The notes: generated from the letters alone by a model not told the origin. Shown: positions 10,801 to 25,826, counted from the stretch's first letter. The stretch is 47,408 nucleotides of DNA from Spirogloea muscicola (GCA_009602725.1 WELB01000012.1:653235-700642), one strand, 5' to 3'. Translations and numbers: made by a program.

Positions 10801-13800
10801 TGCTGCACCGAGGCTTTCCATCAAAGCACAGCAGACCTCCTCCTTCTGGCCTTCCCATCCATACGGGCGCTCTTCCTTATCTGCGTAGTCCACGAACTTT
10901 ATGAAGCACATATGAGGAACACCAAGTAGAGCAACGTCAAGTGTGCATATGATGAGTCTGCTTCAGTGATACTCCTTGGCGAGAAATGCATCGACAAAAA
11001 AGGTGGAGGAAGTGAAAGTGACAAGCTAATACCTGTATCTGAGGATGCAAGGTTGGCAAGGTTGATGATGAAGCTCTGTGCAGACGCCAGGTTGGCGATT
11101 GGGCCAACTTTCAAGGCCCTCAAGCTTGCGCAAAGTAATTGGGGCATCAACAAGCAGCGACCCTGGTGTGCAGCAACAGTTGTATCATTTGCATGGACAA
11201 GCACTCATCAGGCAAGACGGCCAATCACAGTAGCAAGGTAGTAACGAAGAGCATGTGAAAAGTTCTCAAAGAGCACCATAGACATCAGAAATCAAACCTG
11301 AGAGTCAAGCCGCATTGCAAATGTCTCCATAGCCTCATACATCCACAGGAGGAGAGTCTCATCTTCTGGTGTGCTAGGGGTGCTTGCACCCGGAAAACCA
11401 TCACTGCAAGAGTGAAAGCAAAGAAGTGGAAGCAGGAGAATGTACCGCTCAGGTGAAGAAGCACAGTGGTTTGTGTTGATTAGCGTATAGAGTGACGCAA
11501 AAGCTTGCCACCTTGTCTGATGGCCATTCTGCAGACTAGTAGGCACTTCTGCAGCACTAGTCTCAGGATTTTTCACCTTCCCAAGCTTCTATGGAAGAAA
11601 GTCAATCCAATCTCTGCTGCCGCTAACGCCAGACTACGCTTCTTCCAGTATGTGGATGGCACAGCAACGATGACCTGCAGAAGCAGTAATCATCCACCCA
11701 AAACATCTGTGATCCTCAGATTCGATCACATTGCTCATGCTATGTTCTGACTGTGGCTTATGTTTCTTGATTGCTGATTTAAATCACTAATCAGCTAAAC
11801 ACAGCACTCCACATACAAAACGCATACCTGTTTGACAAGAAGAGCTGCAGCTTCTTTGATTTTGGCCGTGCGCTCGAGTTCCAAATCCTGCAAAATCTGG
11901 AGAGCACAAGCAACCACCCTCCATCTTCATCCACAAAATAGCCAATTTGCAGTGCCAAGCAGCAGTCAAATTTGGTCAATGTCTGGCCATGCTTAAGTGA
12001 CTGTGTTGGCAACTTGTGTGGGATAGTGCTTATAGACAATCCTGCTTACCTCAAAGAGTTCCTGGCAAAGCTCTTGAGCGAGGAACTCTGGTGAGCAGAA
12101 TGAGGGTGTGGTAAGGCTCAGCAGGGCACGCAGGGCCAGAAGTTGAGAATCTTTGTCAGGAGGAGCAGCTTCAGCAAAACTTCCAAAGGTTCCATTGCCT
12201 GAAGCCGCAATACTCCCAAGTGTCGAGAGGGTCTCTGGAGTCTGCATGAAAAGGACAGCTAACTCAGTCATGGTTTGAAGGAGGCAAAAGCACCTGGTAT
12301 CACACATGGTCATTGAACAATATATAATGCATAACAGACATAGAGCTTTGTTAGCCATGGCACAATCTGTCATTCTTGGGCACTGCTGGTAGAAGCACCT
12401 GCTGGACAGTATCCTCACAGAGGACCATCAGAGCCAAAGCCCATAGCTGATGATGGTCAGCAGAGTCCAAGATCAAATTATAGGTGTCTACCACGTCAGT
12501 GCTGGCAGGACTACCCTTTGCATAAGCTCCTACTGTTATTGCTTCTAGCACAACGGGCCACGCCTCCTCCAAGTGTAACCGCACCGCGTCAGCTGCTGTT
12601 GGAGACTGAGTGCCCTGCAGAAATGGCTCATAGGCCATCTGTAGTGACAAAGGTAGCTCATGAGAGACATACTCCGACACAGTAGTAGACTGCGAGTCCC
12701 GCACGTGCTGTGCAATCAGACATCAAGAGCTGCTAGCACATGCCAACATCAACAGTAGCTTTGACTGGCATAAGCTAGCCCAAAGAAGTTGTTGCACAGA
12801 ACACCTCATGCGTGTCAAATCACTCTCCATATACACACGTACAGATGCTTAACAAGACGAGGCTATGATCTGAAAAGCTTGACTATCTGGACTACCCACC
12901 TTAGAGGGTGGCTGGATGTGAAAAGAAGCGTAGTCCTTGAGAATAGCCATCCAGCAGTCTTTGAGCAGCAAGGAATGCTTCAGTAACAATGGCAGCACAA
13001 CTTTGGCATCTGTGGTTTTACGCTCTTGAGCAACCCCACTATCTGGGACATGCATTGAGCATTGAACATCCGGCCCATGAAGTCCACTCATGGCAAAGCA
13101 CTTCACACTAGCAAGGGCCAACAAGAGACTGATCTGCACCTGTGTTCACAAGTGCAAAAAGAGTGGAGGAGGACGAGATGGCCTAATTTCAGATTCTTGT
13201 ATCATGTATGAGAAGAACAGAGCAATGAAGTGGACGACCAGATTGCATAAGGCAGTTGATCAGGCATGTTGGAAACAAGTCATCTTGATAATCTATTGAG
13301 CAGCAGACTGGCGAGGCAGCCCTTGCATTTAGTCAAGGTAGTTTCAGAGGCCATCAGACTCACTTTGCCCACACACACAAATAAATGCATCTCGCATTTC
13401 ACAAGTTTACTGACAACTTGCAGCTAAGCTACACCCTGAGCAACCTGCATAGCTGACTTGCCTTTGATCCAACCCACTCAGCAAATGAAGGATAGGCGAG
13501 CTTGTCCCACTCAATAAGCAGATTTGACATGAGTCCAACAAGCCGCTGAAGTACTCCTCTATTTCCACCTGATATGTCGGTCATGATCATCTATGCCAAA
13601 AAGAAGAATCACGTAAGAGGTAAGCATCTCCACCCAACCACACAAGTTACGAGGCTGTCAGTATGACTAGCCTGTGCACATCAAACAGCAGACGAACGGC
13701 ATGGGAATTACAGTCTTGTATCATTGTATGTGCATTGTCCTATGTATTGAAGCCTGGAGGCTTGTAACTACTTTATGCTGAGTCGAGCTAGGGTCTGACC

Positions 13801-16800
13801 GCTGCCGCAAGCTTGGCTCCAGCCGACAGCAGCAGTGGTCCAGCGGAGGCATTAAAAGCTGTTCTCAGGGCAGAGAGTAGTTGTGCCTACAAAGACAACA
13901 AACCCTTAAGTTCCAGCAGGGTGCAGATTTCTTTCTTTCAAGAATTTACTGTTGCAGCCTTGCCTTTTCAGAAATATTTCATGCTTACCTCTACTTCTAT
14001 GCTTACATGCAATGAGATGTCAACAAGTACTGAGCCCATCTTCATGACAACCTGCAATCTAGGGTGTCGCAATAACTTTGGAGCAGCCAGCCTGTCAAAT
14101 TGTAAGTTGCAAACAACAGTGACAATGAGACGCTTCACATGCAGAGAAGAAAAGACGTTTCACATTGGTGGATGCAGTACCTGGTATTGCTCAAGAATGC
14201 TATGACCCTCAACGTCAGGATCTTGAGCTCTAGAAAACTGCAAGCGTAGCAGAGTTGCAGCTTCAAGCTGCTCAGCAACAACTTAGGGAAGTACTCGATG
14301 CCTCGAACTGCCACATGCAGCAAGCTGCACCTATCCACACACTCCATCTATCCTCCACATGACAGCGCAGACATTCACCCCCTCATGCAAGACACTGGTA
14401 CTTACAGAGAATCTGGGCATGCTCTTACTGTGCTCACCTTTGAGAGTATTGTAGAAAGGGTGTAAACGCCTAGAGGTTTTACTCGCTCCATTGTCCCTGT
14501 TGCAACCTACAGCCCAAGTCTTTGAGAGAATATTAACACCAGGCACCTTGACTAGCAGCCTTGTAAACCAACAGAGGGTGCTGAAAGGCTTGTTAACGGC
14601 ATTCGCGCATGAGAAAACAGTGCCGTGAAGGCTATAGGTCATTGCTTCTGTAGGAGCCCTCATCTACTTTACAGCAAGTTGCACACATAGGTGGGTGTTT
14701 CAGCAACTACCTGGTATGCAAGGGCCACTAGCTCAGAAAGATGAAGGACGAGCCAGTCCGCCTGTAAAGCCTCATCTTCAGCTGAAGGGTCCACCAAGCT
14801 CTTCTCTTGGCGTGACTGGTGCTGCATACGTAGCTGGCGGGCCAGCATGAGGTCAGTGTGTGCTGGATGATCACCCACAGCGTTTGGGAGCCTGCTCAGG
14901 CACCTGCGAGAGGCAGGAATATGCACAGAGGTAAGTACGACTGTTCGGTGCGAACAATGAACAGGGATATTAATGACTTGATACGAATGCTATATATACA
15001 AGCAGAAGTGCCATGCATTCTCTAAGTCGGAGCAACAGTCATTTAATTGTACCAAGCAAGAAAGAATAATTGTACTTGTTGACCTACTCTGCAGCAAACA
15101 GCCTAGTTCGGAATCTCGGTAGCTGGCCAGCTGCTTCGGTTGCTCCGCCTTCTATGGCAGCTTGGCTACCCTTGTTTGTTGACAGGTCTTCATCTAAAGA
15201 GCGTGCAACCATGCTAGCTCCATCATCTGCCCTTGCAGCTTCCCGGCGAAACCCTTCACCACTAAGAGTACCGCCATTTGCATCACCTCCTGCTCTTCTG
15301 ATTGTGGATATTGCCAGCACCTTAGGCAACAACCGATATACACAAACTGAGCAGGCTAAAGGAGCATCTTTGCTGACACAGCTGAACACCTAGAGCAGGC
15401 TAGAGTAGCATCTGAGCTCACACAGAAAGCTGAAGCTACAACTCTCACACACAGACCAGCACCTGGAGCATTGCACTAAGATACAGTCAAGTCAAGGCTA
15501 GTGGTTATGTGCAGGCAAGTCTGCAACAAGAGGATGTAAGGTCATCAAAACACCTTGTTGCCTGACATATTGCAGGTCATTGTTGACTCACCACGTTGCG
15601 GCAAAGGTGAAGCCAGCGAGAGGGACAGGTGGGGCCAGCAGCCTCCAAGAGCCTCTCAAGCGTCAGACGCACATCTCGTACTATTCTGAGACCACCATCC
15701 ATGTCAGACGCACGCGTGTATGCACATATTACTTGCCCCATCAAGGTGGCACGCTGCTTGAGATGCCACTCTGGTATTGCAATCACTAAGGAAAGTGATA
15801 AAAGGCTTCACATTTGTTGACTGGCCCTGGAACTCGAGAAAGTCTTCTGTTTAACTACAAAAATTGCACGACAAGCCTATCATACCTTTCTTCCGTCTCA
15901 GTGTCCAGCATTGCAAAAAGGTGCTCCTCAATTGATTCCCTCACCATCAAGACCTGTCATTCAAGACGAACAGAACCCCAGTCATTAGCAACCTCGACAC
16001 TAGGTTCAGCTCAATCAATAAAGCACAAGCATATGGCACGGACCTCAACACCAGTAGCAGCAGCTGTGTATAAATTGACTGATCAGTTTCGTAAATTTTA
16101 TTTGTGTGAGTCACCATGTAGCGTGGTCAATACTTACAGGATCTCGCTCTGCGAGGTGGCGAAGAGTTGCGACAGCCGCTTGTCGGAGTGAAGGCTGTGC
16201 TCAGAACCAACAATACTTTCATGTAAGCAGCAACAGCATTCTTGCCTGTGATTTCATGTTAGTATGACCGGCTTTGGTGAACCATGTCAATAAACCATGC
16301 AGCTACTTATAGTCCATGGGCACTACAACTGACATCCACAAAGTCCTCAAGAGAGTGATACAGACTCTAAAGTCAGCCTCTGCTTCATGCTTTGCAGAGC
16401 CAGTGGTATGCAGTTGGCTCTCGTATGAAGCACCCAAACTTCGTCTCTCCATCCGGACAACACCCATGCATACCTGTCTGGAGGACAACATGGGCTGTAA
16501 AACAAGGACGTGGCTGTGCACAGAAAGAGCCTGTGGTGCAAATAAGACCAATTGCTGCGTGTACAGGATGCACCTGGATTAAAGGAGCACCAATCACAAA
16601 ATGGTAAAAGTTGCACTGGCTAGTAGGAAGCTCAATGGCTGTAGCAACTTGTCAATCACTAGCCACTCTACTTAGTATTTGTCATGAACTTTTGCATGTA
16701 ACTGCCTACTGTCCTTAGACAGTCATTCGATTGCAGAAGCGCTTCTACAAAAATTGCAATCAACACAATGATGATGAAACTTGCAAGGGACTTGATGTCC

Positions 16801-19800
16801 AGTCTCTACATCTTTGACAATTTGTGCAGGATTCACTAAACCACTCACTCTAGTTGGACTGCTGGCTCCTCAGTCGTACTTATTTCTGAGACTATCGCCT
16901 GCAGACTGCAAAAGCACTTAGCCATCTGCAGCAGCAGGTTGAAGTGCTGCCCCAACAATCACCTGACAAGAGTAACGACTATGGCCTGCAGACAGCTGAT
17001 AGAATCTCCTGAGCTAGCATACCTTGCAACGAGTGAAGACAGAGCTGCCTGGCTCCAATTCAGGCCCTAGCACAGCTACTATGGAGTTGACGAGCCTCCC
17101 AATACTGGGCCGCAAGTCAAGTAGATTGGAATCTTCTGAGAGTAACATGTCCATGGCCAAAGTAAGAGTAGCCTGCAAGTCAGCAACAACCTCCACACTG
17201 AAGTAAGCAACACAAGCAGGAAGTGATATCCATTTACTGCAAGACTGTACTATTTGTACAGAACTTGCAATCAATCAGCTTACTAACCTGAACATGAGGT
17301 ACAAATGACAGGCCAGCTGCTTCTGCAGTCAGCCACAACCCATGGAGGGCCCAGATAGAGAGACTGCCAGAAGGATCCCGAGCTAAAGAACACAGGGCTT
17401 GCACTGATGACGGTACAAGTGCTGCTAACGCCATGCCTCCAACGCTGCAACCACAAACTAGGCATTACTGCCCACTAGTATTGACAACTCGTGACATCAC
17501 AGCAGGCAAATTGCTCTGAGCTATGTACTAATTAGTGACAGGAGCTCCAGAAGAAGCAAGTTAACGAACAAGGGGGACGTGTTGCATGCCACCAATTATC
17601 AGCCATCACAAGTTGACGTCATTACCTCCGGTGTATGCATCCAAGTGCAAGAGCAATGGCGCCCTTTTGAGTAACATCTGTTGTAGTAGTAAGCTCACTA
17701 AGTAAAGACCTTGCCTGAAAGCATCAGGAGGGTTGATTGTTTAGCAACAGGCAACCGACTAAGAGTTGCAAGAAGCTGGAGCATCAACATGCTGGACAAG
17801 CTGAGCTCTTCAATGACGTCCGAAACCTACCAGCCTAGCAGCATAGACGTCATCGCCAAGACGTGCAAGAAGTCCAAGTGACTCTGATGCTGCTCTTTGA
17901 TGTGCTGGTGACTGGTCATCGGTGGCCAGAATGCCCTGCACGAATGCACAACAGCGTGAACATGCTCTCACAGGCAAGATCGACTGACTTCAATACACCA
18001 TCTTAATATCTGCTTGACTCACCTCTATCACTGGATTTCAGAATAGCTTTATTGGCAGGCCAGGCCAAACATATAGGACGCCTTCTTGGACATACCTGCA
18101 CAGCCTGCTGGGCTTTCTTCAAAAATTCACCCTCATTCTGAAGTCTCAGTCCTACTGAAGCCTGCAAGAATGAACAGCCGAGACAAATTGGACCTCAGTA
18201 TGAGCAAATATGGGCCGTGCTATTTATAGGCTGGTTCTGCATGACAGGAGTAAGTAACCTTTACCACGAGAACAGATGCAGCACGAGTCCAAAAGCATCA
18301 ACAAGGTCACCTTCAGAAGCCCCAGGAGAGCAACGCTGACATTTGAGGCATTCAAATGTCGCCATGATTGTTTCCTACTTGCTTTCAAGGACGAGAGAAC
18401 CATATCCAGTAACTGAAGCTTGTTCTTCTCCATCTGCTCATGCAGAATCAAGCACAACAGTATCAAGCATAACAGCGAGTAGTAGCTATTACAAATATGT
18501 CACAGCTGCAAAAGAGCCTGTGAGATAGACAAACTGACCTACAATTATAGCAGAGCTATGGAGCAAATGGCAAATATAGAGCAGAGTATGCAATGTGACA
18601 CGGGAGTATACAGCAATGCTTTGCTACCTTACCTTAGCTGCCATAATGTCACAGAATGTGAGCAGCATGATATTCATGAGAACCGTAGCTTGCGGCAAGG
18701 GCTGGCATGACAAGGTTACTGCAGGTGAGCTACGGAGCCCAACAACATGTCATGCAACCCACTGGTTTAAAATATATGGACAAACCTCGTGAAGATATAC
18801 TGGCCAGCAAGCCTTGATTGTACACTCTGGTTCACCTCTAACATATCAGCAGAAGATACAAGCAGCTGGAAGCTCATCATGCAGGCCAGCGGTGGCTGTT
18901 ATCACCTGAGGAAAGAATGTGCTTCCGAAGGTCCACACGGTTGGCAGTGGCCCATCTGCTCCACCTTCAAACGTTTGTAGCTCATTCTCCAAGCTATCTC
19001 TGTACAACAGGGCAGAAGAGAGAACATTTTGTCTCATTTCAGAAGCACCCTCCTTACAGATTGTTCTTGAAGTCAAGGGCAAACGTGTTTGGTATGACAC
19101 AATAACCGAGAGCTTGCAGAGTAATGAGCATTTGTTTTGTTGTCATCCATTCCTTTACCTTCCCAAGGTCCAAGGCCCAAGGGCGTCATCCCTATCATCA
19201 AGTAGCTCCCTCAAAGCAGATGTGCTCACTGCTGCTGCAGGGTCTCTGTCAGTGATGTGCTTGCTTTAGTGGAGCACACATGAAAGGCCAAGGGGACATA
19301 GGACATGGCAGATGATCACAGCAACACATACCCATGGACTATCTACAATCACCTTGTGATGAGAGATAAGGCATTGTACGCGTATGCAGAATGGAGGGTA
19401 TGGTAAATTTACCTGAATGGACCAGAGCAAAGGGCCAATAGAGCCACATGGTCACCCTTGTATAGGCTGCAGTTTGAGAGCTTGCGAAATGCGTGTAAGG
19501 CATGAATGCTTAACAAATCCACCGCGGGCCGAAGAGAGGGAGGGCCTTCCTGGAGCAAGGGTGAAGAGAGGCACCGCAAAGCTCTGTCCATTTGTAGCAA
19601 AGCCAGAATGTCAAGTGCAAGTAGTCGTTGCGATTTGTGCTCTTCAAGAATCACCAACATGCTCGACATAAACGTCATAGTACATCTCGATCAACCTTTC
19701 AATGGATACTTGCAAGTGTCATGCAATGCATGTTATCGGCTAGTCAGTGACAAGATTTAGGTCGTCCGACATACCCACTAAGATAAGTAAGAATAGGATG

Positions 19801-22800
19801 CAGCAGGAGAAGGTCTTTCTCAGGATTCATAATAGGGACAACGTAATGACCACAAAAGGCAGCTAGCGCCTCCATAGCGGATGCCCAGACACTGTTCAGA
19901 GTGGGGATAACTGAGGTGAGCAACAGAGAGGGAGCTGCTGCATACTGAGCAATAGTTGATACATATAATTACAAAGACATAATAAAGTATATGGCAGAGC
20001 AAGATAAGTGTTAAGCTGGTACTGGCTGCACTAGAGGCTGACAACATATATCATCAGTTGAGATCAGAGCTACTACTCAGGGTGACAGTACCTTAGCTCA
20101 GTTCCTATGTTCATGTCCAGCTTCTTTAGCCTTTCAAGACAATTGCTTCCAAAGGGGATGCTCCACAAGCCAACCAAAGTTGGCTCATGCTCCTCTAATT
20201 CCTGCATAAACCGAGAGTAAAATAAGTCAATTACAAGGAGAACTGATGCCAACATAGTACTCCATTCAACAACGACTTGTCAGGCTTTGAACCCACAATT
20301 AGCCAAAGCTTGTAGATGTAAGATGTTCTGCGCACAGCCCAATCTTGTGTGTATCCTCTGTGTATCCAAACGTTTGCAAAGCACCTCTTTGGGGGTAGCT
20401 GTAACAATGGCTGATATTAGTGTCCATCCTGATTGTCTCTCAAATGCCATTGTAGATACATTACGACCTGGCCTCGATATCATGTCTGTGGCTACATCCA
20501 GTACAGCTCTAGGAAGCCTGTGAACAGGTATCGGTCGGAAAAATATTAGGATGGCCACATGACTGCATAGTTTCATGAGGCACTACATAGCAATTGCAAG
20601 GCAGTATTTAAATATTGTCAGGATAGAACAAACCACCAAGATACCAACTCATGCCACTGTCCTCCACGTCGAATACAAAGCCACAAATCACTATTTAACT
20701 GAGAGACTAGTGCGCGGATCAATGTTGCTGCCAGAATGCTTTGTTCTTATTAGCAGTATAGCGAGCTGTCATCAAGCTCTTCCAAGCGGCTGCCCGGATA
20801 GTTTATGCTCAGGCAGCACTCAAGGCTACTGACTAAGAACATCAACATGGGCCGATCCATACAAGCTTCCACATTAATTTCAAGTAGAAACGTGAGACTG
20901 GAAGGTGCTCATCAGCCTAGTCGCATGCAATTACCTTGATGGAACTCCTAGTGTAAGTTTTGGAGAAGCTGCTACTAGGGAAGCCAGAAGCAACGCCTGT
21001 CCATGAAGGCTGTCAAGATCACTTTGCAGCTTCTCACCCTGCCATACCACCATGAGATAGAAATACAGATATCATACATTGACATTGGATGATGAACAGA
21101 TTATCTACGCACAGAAAATGGACTCAAGAGCATATAGGATGATAGGTACCTTCATCACAGCCACAGACTCCCTCAAAGCTCTGAGGCTAGTAATGCCCAC
21201 AGACATCAGTCCTGTAGCACAAGCAGGGTCCACCATTGCCAGAGAACGGAGAGCACGAGCAGCTTCAACCCTCACCTGTCAGTCTTGAGTCACATGAGCC
21301 TGTTACAATGACTTAATAACCATGGCAAGCTACCAGGCTAGCTGTATACAGGAACTGCTCCTGTCGTGTCATGCTGATGACCACTATTGCCACCACACAC
21401 CCAGTAAGCAATGCAGTGGTTGGATTATCGCCACGAATATCTTTGGCGAGGTCTCTAACGAGGGCTTCTCTGCACGTTGGAGAAGGACCAACACAAGCAA
21501 AGGTCTTACCGCAGCAGATGAATGCCCTAGATTGTTCAGAAGGTGCTCATCCAGACTTTCTCTTGTTGATATGGGAACCTGCAAAGCAAGAACTCTCTGG
21601 ATTGAACAACTTCATCCTAGAATGTAGTATCAGCTGCCGAACATGCATGAGTAGTTAAACAGTGTGATTGATGTCTTGTTTGCCATCTTCAGAATACCAA
21701 TACGTGCTAAATACCAGCTGTCATCTAGCCTGTGCAGTGACCACCTAGTACTTGTGGAAGTTGTGGAGATGTACAAAGGAAGAACCTCGCCAAGAGTCTC
21801 TAGCAAGTATGAAAGTAGTCGAAGGGTAACAACCAAGGCTGGTGGAGAATTATCCAGGGCACCCAGCTGCAAATGTGGCATGCATTACAAGAAAGTAAGG
21901 CCACAAAATTATATAATATAAGTGGAGTAATGGGCGAATTACAGCCAACGCTCTCAAAGCTCAAATCTGAAGTACACAACCTCAGCATTGCATTGCGTGA
22001 TGATAGAGTTGGTGATAGGGTAACCTGTTTGGTCAAGGTCACTGTGAGCTCCTTCTGAGTAGCCTCACCCATCTGATCAATCAAGCCCACACGTAGTATG
22101 TACAACACGCAAGCCTGCACAGATATCTTGAAGCCTGGTCGTCAGCAGATGAGCAACTGCTTGACTAAGGTATACAGGATATATCCTGGTGTCCCATATT
22201 CGCACTTGAGCAGGCAGACGGCGACGTACATGGAATTTGCATGATATGCCAGTAGTTTACCTGAGAGTGGATATCATAGTTGGACTTAATTGCTGTAGGG
22301 AGCATGCGCATTGCTTGTAAAGCTGTTGATGCCAAGTCTGTCTCAGCGTTACTGAGACTAGCCTGTGACAAAACACCTTAGCAACATCAACATGAGCTGC
22401 CAATGGAGTCGCTATCATAAATGCTCTTGAATGCTCCTTACATTCACACAACAACCTCAGTACACAGGAATGCAACAGAAGATTCAAATGCATGCTTGCT
22501 TGTTCACATGACCGCTCAAAGATACAGGGAAGCAGCCTGAAGAACAGAGAAAAATTCTATAAGACTTCACTAATAGGAGTGTCTAGCCTTTATTCTGCTG
22601 CTTGTCCTTCAAGTGTGAAAGTGAGATACAGTGAGCATCGTACTTGGAGGAAAGAGACCCATGTCAAAGAAATGCTAAAACGAATATCTTTACAGCGCGC
22701 TCCAGAAGCTGCAGGTGACCGTAATACAACTACATATTAGTGGCAGTAGCAACTGGAAAACATCAGGAAGAAACAGACAAGGACTGTGGTCACCATCACG

Positions 22801-24685
22801 AGCACGTGTTAGTAAGCTCGTCACCTCTAATGAAGGGTTGTATGAGGAACTTGTGCAGATTGGCCTCCCTAGTAGGTGTACTTATCTTGGCCTTGGCTGG
22901 AACCTGCTTTGAGAAGGTTCTTTCAGAAACAGTGCTGGGATGACATCTCAGGCAGCTGGCAGCTAAGCACTTGGCTATTATTCAGGCCTCTGTGACCACT
23001 GGTTTAATTTGACAAGGATTTGCCTGAGTACAGATACAGGTCAACAAATGTGAACCTGCGTAGGGCTTGGGCTGAGCGCCAGAAGTACTCCCAGGGCTCC
23101 TGCATAACCTACTCTGACAGAATCCACCAAATCCTCTAGTGCCTGGAAATATCCCAGCAGGACAACATCGCTTTACTAAGCTTACATGAAGGCTGACGTT
23201 CCTTGCATCAGTGCAGGTCATGACTGCATCAATTACATGTGAACTTTGTGTACTTGTTCTTTATGAGACTTACTTAAGCTCAAGGGTACTAATCATTCCA
23301 GATTGCAAGCAATATGTGCTCAGTGGTAGGTCATGCCTGCGTATCATAACAATTACAGTACCTTAAGGCTGATAGCTGCAAGATTGTCTGCTCCACCCCC
23401 AGCAAGAAAAGGTCCACCAGCCATTGCCAGTGCTCGAATGCACTTGGCAGATGCCAACCTGACTGCTGGAGCTCGGTCTGTTGCACCTGTACGCATGACC
23501 TTGACTGCTTCTGAATATGCAATGGTAGGCCCACCTCCCCTCATGCCAATGAGAGCATCAAGCAGGAGTATCAGGGCAGCTTGCCTCATTTCCACCTGAA
23601 CACCAAAAGTCAGCTTGACAGTGTCAGATGCTAGCTAAACAAGGGACTGAGCAATCTGTAGAAGGCCGAGCAATGTCTTGGAAATGTTCCAGGCACAAAT
23701 CCAAACATGCATAATCAAGAAGGGAGTATGATGGTCATTAGATCCAGCTTCTTCTTGTTATTCTTAATAGTACCTCCGAGTACCTGACGAGCTTTGCCAC
23801 TATGCTGACAATTTCAGTCAATCCAGAAGTAAGCTTGTGACCGTAAGCCCTGCTAATAGCTCCCAGGCACTGTGCAGCACCTACGCAGATGCATTGCCAC
23901 GAGCTCAGTTTAAAAATATTCTGGTGTGCATGTCTACTTAGAAGCACATAATCAGCTGAGCTGATAGTATGCAAGAGCTGGTTGAATGAGCATAGCTATA
24001 TTGTTGCTGGCAGCTAAGCAGCTATGTGAAGAGTCAAGTAATATGCATGTCTTAAAGAACGACAGAACAGAGGCACGTAGCGCAACAGGCCTGCACGTAA
24101 TCATTGTACCTATGATGGCAGCTGGTTCGTTTCGTTTCCCCACCCTTTCAGCGAGCCAGCCTTGTAGACTGCTGGCTCTGGAGTATATGGATATTTCTTC
24201 CCCTCTTTGGATGAGTTTGACCAGGGCTGCTGCTACTAGCCGCCGCACTGGGGGTCGGACACCCATGAATATGAACGATTGGAGCACATCCTCGCAGTGC
24301 CTTTGAGCTGAAATAAGACTGGCCTGCAGAGAATATTTAAACCAAATTGCAGGGTCATTCACATGCAATCTTCATTTCAAATAGAAGGGTGGTCATTCTA
24401 TGACCACAATGATGATCAGCCTACACGAGAGAGAATGTCAGCGCATATGATGCTCAATCTAGGCCCAGCACCTGTAAGATGCGCTGCCAACAACCCAAAA
24501 ACAACACAATGAGACGAAGTCGAGTGGCCATTGGCCACCTTGGGTTCGCGCTCGATGGCCGCGAGGAGCTTGGTGGCCAGATCGAAGCAGAGAAGAGGAT
24601 CGGGTCGTCGCTGAGCAGCATGCTGGAGGACCGCCTCCACTTCAGCCACCGTGGGGGCCAGCGCAGGCAGCTCGTCCTCCTCCAT
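7828..24685 (-). CDS. SWEETIE: HEAT repeat-containing protein 5 / SWEETIE (AP-1 accessory, Laa1/p200 family), >40 exons
   Basis: The chain of exons splices in consistent phase: PDPLLCFDL, QRHCEDVL...GVRPPVRRL...GEEISIYSRASSLQGWL, DSLHGQA, ENELQTFEGGADG, WALHGL...AEAAGLSFVPHVQ, QQLVLFAPQA, PRFRTRLFAAE, DWLVLHLSELVALAYQ, ILEQYQAQL, FAEWV, LEEAWPVVL. It ends in a long acidic last exon (~9283-7828). The exact stop is less certain. Confidence 0.92.
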
Positions 24686-24917
24686 GGCTGCTGCAAAGCT
24701 CGCCTGCTCCGCAAGGGCCTATGCTAGGCGAGCAGGGAGTCGCCGTAAGGCGGCGCTGCTGCCGCTCTAGCCGTCGCAGTCCCCCGCGGGGAAGCGGCCG
24801 CTGGTCATCCTCTCAAGTATGTGCGAGGCACATCGAGACTTCGGTTAGGTGCGTGGCAAGTACGAGAGAAGGGAGCTGAAGGAGCCGCAAAGAGAGACGG
24901 GAGCTAACGAGAAAATG

Positions 24918-25106
24918 CTCCTTCTTTGTCTCGTACATTCCTTTGGACTTTGCCATCTGAGTCGCAGTGTGCGTTACCGTTTTCTATCTGTTCTCTCTTC
25001 TTTTGGACTGCCCTCTCCCAGCCACCAGTTAATCTGGCCGCGCTTGCTTCTTTTCTGTTTTCTGGCTCCTTCGAACTTTGTTCATTCCTTCTTTTTTTCT
25101 GGGCTG
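24918..25106 (+). repeat. Dispersed repeat copy C plus two decayed partial copies, in the SWEETIE/GNAT divergent intergenic region
   Basis: 24998-25048 (ttcttttggactgccctctcccagccaccagttaatctggccgcgcttgct) matches the 3' half of A/B. 24918-24949 and 25064-25106 resemble the 5' half. Confidence 0.75.
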
Positions 25107-25826
25107 ACTAATCACAGAGAGAAGGCGCGCGGTGCGCATGAAATTGAGAGGGAGGCCAATTCAAGCCTTGCAAATGACCCTGTAAACTGGGTAATGAGCA
25201 GGCTAATGGGGACACTAATATCCCCGAGCGAGCACATGCATATCTGACAAGCTAAGCTGAGGCACCAAACCACCACCACGGAAGCCATTAGCCTGTGCTA
25301 ATGCACGACCGGCACGCTGGTGTATCGCCAGCACCAACCTCTACTGGAAGATGGCAATTCCTCTCGTGTCTCACAGTCTTTGCATTACATTGGAAGGGTT
25401 GTCTCTCTATCAATACTAAGTGTATCTCTCACTCAATACACACAAGTGTAGGGCTGGCTTTTCACAGCCCTTGCTCCCATTGGGAGTGCCACTCCTCACT
25501 CAATACAAGCTCCATTCCACCCGACAGTCCTCGCAAGCTTCCGGAGCTCACCGGCGCGGGAGGAGGCGCGCCGCGCCCGCGCTGCGGGCTGCGGCGGCTC
25601 TCCTGCCGAGCGGCGTGGTGGAGCCGAGGCTTCTGCTCCGCCTCCTTGCTTCCGCTCCGCGTTCTGCCGCCATCGCCGGGCCGTCTGGCTGCGGGCCGGC
25701 CCTCAGGCCTCCCAGTCCGCCTGAGATTGGCAGCTGGACGGTGTGGCAGCCTGCCCGCCAGGGGCGCGGCTAGCACACAGTACTTCGCGGCGCGCGACGG
25801 ACGTGCTTCTGGAGTGCCCCGTGGCC

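Noticed and set aside
13043..13087. Second possible 45-nt in-frame intron in SWEETIE (gtggac...cccag)
   Set aside because: The donor is weak and the frame is open either way, so it cannot be supported without RNA data.
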